Assembly: GCA_964527555.1 (NCBI GenBank)
Contig: CAZGOG010000005.1
Coordinates: forward strand, 5,863-69,862
Reading direction: 5' to 3'
Source of the DNA: an uncultured Planctomycetia bacterium
GTDB lineage: Bacteria; Omnitrophota; Gorgyraeia; Tantalellales; Tantalellaceae
Length of the DNA stretch: 64,000 nucleotides
The position numbers and the translations under genes are program-made. Shown here piece by piece: positions 51,259 through 59,256 of the stretch; positions within the stretch are counted from its first letter, which is position 1, and the number at the start of each line of letters is the position of its first letter. The notes under the pieces are model-generated. The model searched no databases and was not told the DNA's origin. It was given only the letters and a program-made list of their open reading frames with translations.

Positions 51259-52302
51259 ATGAAAATCATTTCGATTTCGAACCAAAAAGGCGGTTGCGGG
51301 AAAACGACACTAGCGGTAAATGTTGCGGCAGCACTTGCAAAAATGGGAGGCCAGACGCTTCTCATCGACATGGATCCTCAGGCGCATGCGACCTTCGCTC
51401 TGGGGTATAATAAAAAGCCCTCCGGTATAAAAACCTCATATGATATTTTTCGCGCTCACTTCGATAATACTAAAATACCTTTTGACGATATACTAATTTC
51501 TGACAGAGAAAAACTTTCTTTTATACCCGCCAATATGATGCTTTCGGCGGCGGAGATAAACCTGGGCGGAGTTAATGGCGCGGCGTCGATACTTTCCCGT
51601 ACTTTATCCGACACTTTTTTTGATAAATTCGAATATGTGATCATTGACTCTCCCCCGAGTTTCGGGTTTCTCACGCTGAATTCCATGTATGCCGCCACTA
51701 TGATTCTTGTGCCTATGGATTTGAGTTATTTTTCGTTTAACGGCATAAACAGCGTATATAGGGTGGCCAGCCTTCTAAACGCGGAGGCGGGCAGAAACCC
51801 CTCGATCTACTTTACCATGAACATATATGATCAGCGGTCGAATTTCGCAAAGCAGCTTAACATCGACGCGAAGACTAAACTGGGCCCGTATCTGCTTCCT
51901 ACTGTGATACGTTCAAGCGTGCGTTTAAGGGAAGCTGCCAAAGTAGGCAAAACCATATTTGAATATGACCCCAAATGTTCAGCCGCTTTGGATTTTTATA
52001 ATCTTACCAGTGAGATTCTTACGGTTGACAGCAAAGAGGTAGACGCATCTATTAAAGAGTTTGTACTTCATGCTCCCGAAGCCGGGTCTGTATACATCCT
52101 TGGGGATTTCAATAACTGGAAGAAATCAGAGGCCAACCGGCTCACTAAACTCGAAAATGGGCACTGGTCAGCGCACTTCACCCTCGATAAGGGAAACTAC
52201 CGTTATAAATTTTTAGTCGATGACGAGTGGATCCCCGATCCGGAAAACCCCGAGACCCAGGTAAACGATTTCGGCACGATCGATTCCATCCTGAAGATAT
52301 AA
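51259..52302 (+). CDS. ParA/MinD-type ATPase fused to a C-terminal CBM48 (AMPK-beta glycogen-binding) domain
   Basis: Deviant Walker A 'NQKGGCGKTT'. The C-terminus 'YILGDFNNW...YKFLVDDEWIPDPENP' matches the CBM48 consensus. Confidence 0.7.
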   Translation: MKIISISNQKGGCGKTTLAVNVAAALAKMGGQTLLIDMDPQAHATFALGYNKKPSGIKTSYDIFRAHFDNTKIPFDDILISDREKLSFIPANMMLSAAEINLGGVNGAASILSRTLSDTFFDKFEYVIIDSPPSFGFLTLNSMYAATMILVPMDLSYFSFNGINSVYRVASLLNAEAGRNPSIYFTMNIYDQRSNFAKQLNIDAKTKLGPYLLPTVIRSSVRLREAAKVGKTIFEYDPKCSAALDFYNLTSEILTVDSKEVDASIKEFVLHAPEAGSVYILGDFNNWKKSEANRLTKLENGHWSAHFTLDKGNYRYKFLVDDEWIPDPENPETQVNDFGTIDSILKI

Positions 52303-52490
52303 TCATGCTTTGGTAGGACTCTTGGCGAGGGGGAAGAAGGGTTTATTTCGTCTTCAGAGAGCCGGCTCTCCTTACGGAACATCCTTTTACAAAAAATTCT
52401 TGAACTAATTATTAAAATATTGTTTAATACCATTTCAGTGTAGATATATATATAACGCAGAAAACAATCAAGCGAAGAAAGGGAAAAGTC

Positions 52491-53438
52491 ATGTCACAGC
52501 CCATCGTTTACCCGAAGAAGAAAGAAAATATCGCGGTGCGTTATCCCAAAAACCCCATCCTTACGAAGGACGATGTACCCGCCGCAGCAAAAGGCGTGTA
52601 TAACTCGGGTTGCATAAAAATTGCTGACGGCCAGTATGTAATGCTCTGCCGCGTCGAGACGCCGTCGATGAAACAGCTGATATGGCCGGCAGACTCGAAA
52701 GACGGCATAAAGTTTGTCCTGCGCCCCGAGCCCATAAGGATGCCGGATGACGATAATTTTAAAGAGTATACGACCGGCATGTACTATGATCCGCGCGTAA
52801 CCGAGATAGAAGGGAAGTATTATACGGTATTCGCCTGCCATAGCGGTCATTCATGCCGTCTGGGGCTCCTGGAGTCGGCGGACATGAAAGAGTTCAAATG
52901 GCGGGGATTTATTTCCGAGACGGATAACCGTAACGGCGTTCTTTTTCCCGAGAAAATAGGGGGTTTCTATTGCCGCCTGGATAGACCCAATACCGGAGAC
53001 GGTAAAGCGTACATGTGGGTTTCTTATTCGCCTGATCTTATCCACTGGGGGCAGGCCAAAGCCGTGGCGCATGCACAGGATGAATGGGGATGGAAAAAGA
53101 ACGGATCCGGGGCGGTCCCCATAAAGACAGATAAAGGGTGGCTGGTTATTTATCATGCCGTTAATGTCCAGTGTGCCGCGCAGTATGTATACCACATAGG
53201 CGTCATGCTTCTTGACCTCAGGGATCCGTCCAGGATAGTCGCAAGGTCAAAGGCCCCGATACTTTCCCCGGTCATGGATTATGAACTTATGGGACTTACG
53301 TATGCTGTTGTTTTTACCTGCGGCGCTGTTTTGGAGGATAACGGCGAAGTGAAGATATATTACGGCGGGGCCGACACCGTCCAGTGCCTGGCGACCGCAA
53401 AACTTGAAGACCTTGTTGATGCGTGTTTTAACCGGTAG
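52491..53438 (+). CDS. Glycoside hydrolase family 130-like glycoside phosphorylase
   Basis: N-terminal 'KNPILTKDD...YNSG' and 5-bladed beta-propeller features. Confidence 0.6.
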   Translation: MSQPIVYPKKKENIAVRYPKNPILTKDDVPAAAKGVYNSGCIKIADGQYVMLCRVETPSMKQLIWPADSKDGIKFVLRPEPIRMPDDDNFKEYTTGMYYDPRVTEIEGKYYTVFACHSGHSCRLGLLESADMKEFKWRGFISETDNRNGVLFPEKIGGFYCRLDRPNTGDGKAYMWVSYSPDLIHWGQAKAVAHAQDEWGWKKNGSGAVPIKTDKGWLVIYHAVNVQCAAQYVYHIGVMLLDLRDPSRIVARSKAPILSPVMDYELMGLTYAVVFTCGAVLEDNGEVKIYYGGADTVQCLATAKLEDLVDACFNR

Positions 53439-53466
53439 AGACGATAAAATTTAATTTTCCGAAAAT

Positions 53467-53886
53467 ATGGCGATTTTTAAGGTAACAGCTCTTAAAGAGA
53501 AAGCGCTTAAGGAGCGAATGCGCCGTTTCGGCGTGAAAGAGAAGGATTTAAAAGAGCGTTTCATAAGGTCGAGCGGCCGGGGCGGGCAGAACGTCAACAA
53601 GGTTTCCACGTGCGTGTATTTAAAACATATCCCCAGCGGGATAGAGGTCAAATGCGCCAGAGAGCGTTCCCAGGCCATGAACCGGTTCCTGGCAAGGCGC
53701 ATACTGGTCGGTAAAATAGAAGAGGCGATACTCGGCCGGGCCTCGGAGGAAAGAAAGCGGATAGAGAAGATCCGCCGCCAGAAACGCAAAAGATCGAAAC
53801 GCGCGAAAGAAAAGATGCTGGCTGATAAGAAGAAGAAATCGGAGAAGAAAAAACTGCGCAAGACGCCTTGGGACGGAAATCATTAA
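53467..53886 (+). CDS. arfB: Peptidyl-tRNA hydrolase ArfB (alternative ribosome rescue factor B)
   Basis: 'SSGRGGQNVNKVST' GGQ motif and a basic C-terminal tail. Confidence 0.75.
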   Translation: MAIFKVTALKEKALKERMRRFGVKEKDLKERFIRSSGRGGQNVNKVSTCVYLKHIPSGIEVKCARERSQAMNRFLARRILVGKIEEAILGRASEERKRIEKIRRQKRKRSKRAKEKMLADKKKKSEKKKLRKTPWDGNH

Positions 53887-53896
53887 TACCTGAAAG

Positions 53897-54142
53897 ATGA
53901 AGAAACTAAAACTGGACCTTCACGATATATATAACAAACACGGCAAGATCGAAAACGCTCTTAGGGATATACTCAGCGAGGCACGCGCCAAACGCGTCAA
54001 GATAGTCGAGATCATTCCTGGCAAGGGTTCCGGAGCGCTTAAAAAAAAGGTGCTAAAATTCCTGGAGAGGAACCGGGACCTGTATGACAGGGTCGATAAG
54101 GATTCAAAAAACTGGGGAAGACTTTTTGTGCGTTTCAAATAG
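53897..54142 (+). CDS. Smr domain protein
   Basis: 'LDLH...IIPGKGSG' Smr motifs; 81 aa. Confidence 0.6.
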   Translation: MKKLKLDLHDIYNKHGKIENALRDILSEARAKRVKIVEIIPGKGSGALKKKVLKFLERNRDLYDRVDKDSKNWGRLFVRFK

Positions 54143-54155
54143 GGCATGGTGATTC

Positions 54156-55718
54156 ATGGCCAGGAAAATAAGAGACACATGGGGTTCGCGTCTTGGTGTT
54201 ATCATGGCGGTTGCGGGTTCAGCTGTAGGACTGGGGAACTTCCTGCGCTTTCCCGTGCAAGCCGCTAAAAACGGCGGCGGCGCGTTCATGATACCGTACT
54301 TTATCGCGCTCCTTTTGGTCGGTGTGCCCCTTATGTGGGTCGAATGGGCCATAGGCCGTTACGGCGGAGGGTTCGAGCATTCTACAGCCCCCGGGGTTTT
54401 TCATAGCTTGTGGGAGAAGAACCGTTTTATAAAATATTTCGGTGTGATAGGCATATTCGGTCCGATGGTCATCATGATCTATTACACCTATATCGAATCG
54501 TGGACGCTGGCCTATAGTTTTTTCGCTTTGGTCCAGAAATATTCCGGTATCCTTGACCAGGCATCGATGCAGGCTTTTTTAAGGGGTTTTCAGGGGCTTG
54601 AAAGAAACGCGTATTTCTCGAGCATGGCCCCGGCGTATATCTTTTTCCTGATAACTTTTATCATCAACATGGTAGTGCTCCATTACGGGATAAGGGGAGG
54701 CATAGAACGATTCTGCCGGATCGCGATACCCACGCTGTTCGTTTTTGCTGTTATCTTGGCCGTCAGGGTGCTTACGCTGGGGGTACCCGATGCCGCAAAG
54801 CCGGATTGGAACGTCTTGAACGGACTCGGCTACCTCTGGAACCCGGACTTTTCGTTTCTTAAAAGCGCAAAAGTATGGCTGGCGGCTACCGGCCAGATAT
54901 TCTTCACCCTAAGTGTAGGCATCGGTGTGATACTGACGTATGCCAGTTACCTTAAGAAAGGTGATGACGTAGCGCTTTCCGGGCTTACCGCGGTAAGCAT
55001 GAACGAACTGGCGGAGGTAGTCCTGGGCGCCAGCATCATAATACCCGCAGCGTTTGTTTTCTTCGGCCCCGTGGCGATAAGCGGCATTGCCAATTCCGGG
55101 GCGTTCAATCTGGGTTTTGTCACAATGCCACTTATTCTCGGACGCATGCCCATGCCTGAGGTCTTCGGATTTCTATGGTTCGCTCTTCTATTCCTTGCCG
55201 GCGTAACATCTTCGGTGTCGCTGGCGCAGCCGGCGATTGCCTTTCTGGAAGACGAGTTTAACATCTCTCGCAAGAAGTCAGTCATGATATTCGGGGCTAT
55301 TACTTTCGTTCTTTGTAATGCGGCGATATTCTTCCTTGGCAAGGGGGTCGTTGACGAACTTGATTTTTGGGGAGGCACGTTTTGTCTCGTGCTTTTCGCG
55401 ACGGTGGAAGTGATCCTTTTCGGCTGGATCTTCGGGATAAATAAAGCCTGGGAAGAAGTGCATCACGGAGCGGATATGCGCCTGCCCGGTGTTTATAAAT
55501 ACATAATAAAATACGTGACACCGATATTTCTTCTCGTAGTGCTTACCGCGTGGTTTTTCCAGGAGTGGCTTCCGATTATACGGATGGATAATGTGACAGA
55601 TGCCAACCGGCCCTATATACTTGCGACAAGAGTAGGGCTCTGGCTTCTTTTTATCGCGTTGGCGGTTCTTGTGAGACTTGCCTGGAGGAAAAGCGAGAGG
55701 GGAGGCGGAGGAAAATGA
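54156..55718 (+). CDS. Neurotransmitter:sodium symporter (NSS/SNF) family transporter
   Basis: N-terminal 'AVAGSAVGLGNFLRFP' motif and about 12 TM helices. Confidence 0.85.
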   Translation: MARKIRDTWGSRLGVIMAVAGSAVGLGNFLRFPVQAAKNGGGAFMIPYFIALLLVGVPLMWVEWAIGRYGGGFEHSTAPGVFHSLWEKNRFIKYFGVIGIFGPMVIMIYYTYIESWTLAYSFFALVQKYSGILDQASMQAFLRGFQGLERNAYFSSMAPAYIFFLITFIINMVVLHYGIRGGIERFCRIAIPTLFVFAVILAVRVLTLGVPDAAKPDWNVLNGLGYLWNPDFSFLKSAKVWLAATGQIFFTLSVGIGVILTYASYLKKGDDVALSGLTAVSMNELAEVVLGASIIIPAAFVFFGPVAISGIANSGAFNLGFVTMPLILGRMPMPEVFGFLWFALLFLAGVTSSVSLAQPAIAFLEDEFNISRKKSVMIFGAITFVLCNAAIFFLGKGVVDELDFWGGTFCLVLFATVEVILFGWIFGINKAWEEVHHGADMRLPGVYKYIIKYVTPIFLLVVLTAWFFQEWLPIIRMDNVTDANRPYILATRVGLWLLFIALAVLVRLAWRKSERGGGGK

Positions 55719-55980
55719 CATTGCTGGGGTGGCTCTTTATTTCCGTTTCCTGGGCGCTTATACTGGGGCTTGTAATTTTCTGTTTTAGAAAAATTTTCGG
55801 GAAAAAAGAACTTGATTAGATTCTGCCCCCTCCAGACGCATCTTTTTATCGCCGCAAAAAACCGGGAAACAGATATATTTTGCATTTTATCCCGATTTGA
55901 TATATATTAGCATAGTATAGTTATAAATATAATACCCTGCACTTTGTAATTGAGTATTCGCGCAAAACAAGGAGGCGCAA

Positions 55981-56214
55981 ATGGAAAAAGACGTAGCTGT
56001 ATTTGCAAAGAACAAGTATCAGGACGTGAAAATACGCTTGTCCGAATACCAGGGGAATGATGTAATTGACATCAGGATCTGGACGCAGCCGCCGCAGGGT
56101 GACGAAAAAGTTCCTACGGGAAAGGGAGTCAATATAAATGTGAGGCTCTTCCCGGAACTTAAGGCGGCGATTGAAAAACTTGAGCGTGAGCTTAAAGAAG
56201 CGAATATGCTCTAG
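55981..56214 (+). CDS. Hypothetical protein (possible PC4/YdbC-like ssDNA-binding fold)
   Basis: Weak motif similarity only. Confidence 0.3.
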   Translation: MEKDVAVFAKNKYQDVKIRLSEYQGNDVIDIRIWTQPPQGDEKVPTGKGVNINVRLFPELKAAIEKLERELKEANML

Positions 56215-56292
56215 TTTTGAGGCAAACGTATTCTTATCAAAGAATACCAGGAAGACATAAATCCTGAGATATATTTTAACCAGAGGGATCAA

Positions 56293-56730
56293 ATGCCGCA
56301 TCACGAAAGACGACGTTATATCCGACATCTCTTAGTTAACCCGCTTGAGTTTCAGATCGCCGATAAAGAAGATTTTGAGAAGACCGAGACGGTTGATGTA
56401 AGTGAAGGGGGCCTCATGTTCATGTCTAAGCGGCGCGTCTCACCCGGGACAGTTATAAGGCTTCAGATGCCGCTATATGACAAGATCTTCAAGATAAAAG
56501 CAGCAGTCGTACATGCCACAAAAGATGCAGCAACGGGTCTATATAAAATAGGCGTTTCATTTTTAAGTTACGCCGATGCCTTCAAGGTAAAGCTTATCGA
56601 ACAGATATATCTAATAGAAGAATACCGCGTTTTACGTTCCCTCCAGCTGGGCAAGGAAATGTCGCTTCAGGAAGCCTCCAAGGAATGGATAAAGAGATAT
56701 TCCGAAAGATTCCACAAACTCTACTGGTAA
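56293..56730 (+). CDS. PilZ domain protein
   Basis: 'RRRYIRH' and 'DVSEGGLMF' motifs. Confidence 0.6.
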   Translation: MPHHERRRYIRHLLVNPLEFQIADKEDFEKTETVDVSEGGLMFMSKRRVSPGTVIRLQMPLYDKIFKIKAAVVHATKDAATGLYKIGVSFLSYADAFKVKLIEQIYLIEEYRVLRSLQLGKEMSLQEASKEWIKRYSERFHKLYW

Positions 56731-56863
56731 ATTGGCCTTTCCAAGCGTTTTTCTGTAAAAATTTAATTTTTTTCAATCCACAACATTATGTGCAGGTGTT
56801 TTTCCGGCAACCTATATAGTGTGTACTTTCTAAAAAGTTTTATAATGTCAAAAAACTCTTTAT

Positions 56864-56892
56864 TTGACAAAATATATATACTTGTGTATACT
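56864..56892 (+). promoter_or_regulatory. Consensus sigma-70 promoter (TTGACA-N17-TATACT) for the dcw cluster
   Basis: Read directly from the sequence, about 40 nt upstream of the mraZ start. Confidence 0.55.
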
Positions 56893-56929
56893 CTCTTGAT
56901 GTGAGTGGTATAAAGTGGAGGAAAGTGGA

Positions 56930-57367
56930 GTGTTTTACGGAGAATACTTACATAGCTTAGATAAGAAGAACCGTTTGATCATACCGTCGCGGTTCCGCGA
57001 TGCCATAAAGGAGATGGCAATAGAAAAACTTTATGTCACACGCGGGCTGGATGAGTGTCTTTTTATATTTGCTGAAGCCGAATGGAAGGCTCAGGAGAAC
57101 AAATTTAAAGCCATGCCTTTCACAAAGAGGGAAGTAAGGAAGTTTAAACGTATGTTCTTTTCCGGTGCCGCTGAAGCTGTTCCCGATAAGCAGTGGAGGA
57201 TACTCATCCCGGATTACCTCAAGGAATACGCCTCTCTTACAAAGAGCGTGATGATAATCGGTGTATCCAACCGTATAGAGGTCTGGGACAGGAAAAAATG
57301 GGAAGAGTTTTATAAGATCTCTAAAGAGAATTACGAAGAGATCGCCGAAGGATTGATGGAAGCCTAA
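56930..57367 (+). CDS. mraZ: Transcriptional regulator MraZ
   Basis: Duplicated 'DxKxRxxIP' motifs. The GTG at 56930 gives the canonical 'MFYGEY' N-terminus. Confidence 0.8.
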   Translation: MFYGEYLHSLDKKNRLIIPSRFRDAIKEMAIEKLYVTRGLDECLFIFAEAEWKAQENKFKAMPFTKREVRKFKRMFFSGAAEAVPDKQWRILIPDYLKEYASLTKSVMIIGVSNRIEVWDRKKWEEFYKISKENYEEIAEGLMEA

Positions 57368-57390
57368 ATAGCTGGACGGAGGGACTTAAG

Positions 57391-57582
57391 ATGTATAGAC
57401 GATATGCCGTTAAATTCCATAAGAAGCAGGCAGAGTTCATTAATTGCGTCAACATGGTTGAGAGGATAAAAAAAGCCAGGGCCTTACCTGCGGGCATCTC
57501 CCATCTTGGGGTTAAACGGTATACCATCTCTTCATTCGGGTTCGGTAAGGCTACTCATATAACGGTCAAAGATTGTGCGTAG
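57391..57582 (+). CDS. Hypothetical small protein (63 aa)
   Basis: ORF only. Confidence 0.3.
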   Translation: MYRRYAVKFHKKQAEFINCVNMVERIKKARALPAGISHLGVKRYTISSFGFGKATHITVKDCA

Positions 57583-57629
57583 TGTTTGTGTGGTTTGCGC
57601 ATTTAGCGTTCTTTCATTCGGCCTTTAAG

Positions 57630-57753
57630 TTTTACCCATGCACCAGAAGGCCACGCCCGTAAGGGCGTGGATGAATGGCCTTCGGTGCAGGGTTCCGCTT
57701 GACGGAAAGACTGAAACTGTGGATGCCATGGGCGTTAGCCCATGGAGCTTCAC
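57630..57753 (+). repeat. Family-1 structured intergenic repeat, copy D
   Basis: About 97% identical to copy B. Lies inside the dcw cluster, 12 nt upstream of the ATG at 57766. Confidence 0.85.
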
Positions 57754-57765
57754 TTAGGGGGACCT

Positions 57766-57951
57766 ATGAAGAAAAAGAAATACCTCCAGGCATGTGAAAT
57801 CGGCGGATCGCTTTACGGGAAGACACAGACGGCTGTCAGAGTCGGTTTTGACAAAAAAGGCGCGGACAAGAAAAGCCTTATGAGGGATTACACCCAGCTT
57901 TATAGACGTCAGATCGCCGTCCTGGATAAAGTCTTCCGCCGGGACAAGTGA
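57766..57951 (+). CDS. Hypothetical small basic protein (61 aa)
   Basis: RBS 'AGGGGGA'. The track ORF start (57742) is repeat read-through. Confidence 0.35.
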   Translation: MKKKKYLQACEIGGSLYGKTQTAVRVGFDKKGADKKSLMRDYTQLYRRQIAVLDKVFRRDK

Positions 57952-57967
57952 GGGAAAGGATCCTTTA

Positions 57968-58852
57968 GTGCATCTTCCGGTGCTTTTGCATGAAGTGATA
58001 GATCATCTTGATCTTGAGGACGGTGATGTCATCCTTGACGCAACCCTGGGCGGAGGCGGGCACGCCGTAGAAATCCTCAAGAAGATCGTTCCCACCGGGA
58101 CTCTTATAGCGGTAGAAAAAGACCCGGAAGCCATCGAGATAAGCAAGAAGCGTCTTAAAGATTTTGCAAAGAACATCATCTATGTAAATGACGATTTTCG
58201 CAATATAGATAAGATACTGAAAAAAGTAAATATAGAGAAACTTGCCGGCGCGGTATTTGATCTCGGAGTCTCTTCTTTTCAGCTGGATGAGGGGAGAAAA
58301 GGTTTTAGTTTCCTGAGGGACGGCCCCCTTGACATGAGGTTTAATGCCGGGAGGGGCCTCTCAGCCAGGGACATAGTAAACAGCTTCAAGAGAGAGGAAC
58401 TTGCTTCTATCATCAAGGAGTATGGCGAGGAAAGATACGCGCGGCGCGTAGCCGAGGCGATCTGTAAGGCTCGGGAAGAAAAGGCGATCACGACGACCGG
58501 AGAGCTTGCCGATATTATTGTTAAAGCAGTCGGGAATAAGTACCGCAGCCAGAAGCTTCATCCTGCGGTAAGGACTTTTCAGGCGATAAGGATCTTTGTC
58601 AATGACGAGCTTACCTCTATCGAAGAGGCCGCCGGTAAGACGATCGACCATTTAATGGCGGGGGCAAGGATCTGTGTAATCTCGTTTCATTCGCTTGAAG
58701 ACAGGATCGTTAAGAATGCTTTCCGCAGGGAAGCGGTATCCGGAAGGGTCAGGCTCCTGAGGAAAAAACCGATTACGCCGTCCCGGGAGGAACTTGAGCA
58801 TAACGCGCGTTCAAGGAGCGCGAAACTTCGCGTTGCAGAAAGGCTGGCATGA
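57968..58852 (+). CDS. rsmH: 16S rRNA (cytosine1402-N4)-methyltransferase
   Basis: 'LDATLGGGGH' SAM-binding motif. Confidence 0.9.
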   Translation: MHLPVLLHEVIDHLDLEDGDVILDATLGGGGHAVEILKKIVPTGTLIAVEKDPEAIEISKKRLKDFAKNIIYVNDDFRNIDKILKKVNIEKLAGAVFDLGVSSFQLDEGRKGFSFLRDGPLDMRFNAGRGLSARDIVNSFKREELASIIKEYGEERYARRVAEAICKAREEKAITTTGELADIIVKAVGNKYRSQKLHPAVRTFQAIRIFVNDELTSIEEAAGKTIDHLMAGARICVISFHSLEDRIVKNAFRREAVSGRVRLLRKKPITPSREELEHNARSRSAKLRVAERLA

Positions 58853-59208
58853 AACTTTATAAGTCTATTATAATAGGATTAGTACTTACGCTGGTCGCGC
58901 TCGGTTATGTGCATCAACGTGTCGAGATCATTAAAACCGGATATATCCTTCAGGAGAGGAGGAAGTATCTTTCCTACCTCGTTGACCAGAATTCGAACTT
59001 AATGTATAATCTATCCAAACTGGAATCCCCCAGATATTTGCTTGCCTCGCTGAATGAAGAAGAGATAGAATTTGCGAATCATAGGACTAAAAATACGGAT
59101 GACTACCAGCTCGCTTATGTTGCTTCAAGTAATAGTGAGACGGGCACCAGTTTAATCAGCAAGTTTCTTGATCTTTTCACTCCGAGTGCCGAAGCAAGAC
59201 CCCGCTAA
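58849..59208 (+). CDS. ftsL: Cell division protein FtsL-like
   Basis: Position between rsmH and ftsI; single TM helix plus coiled coil. Confidence 0.5.
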   Translation: MKLYKSIIIGLVLTLVALGYVHQRVEIIKTGYILQERRKYLSYLVDQNSNLMYNLSKLESPRYLLASLNEEEIEFANHRTKNTDDYQLAYVASSNSETGTSLISKFLDLFTPSAEARPR

Positions 59209-59256
59209 TAATCATGATATAGTCTTATTTCTCTGGCGGCACTAAAGGTAGCCGGA

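Noticed and set aside
52340-52356. The palindrome GAGAGCCGGCTCTC after the ParA-CBM48 gene, considered as a terminator
   Set aside because: The loop is too small and there is no following T tract.
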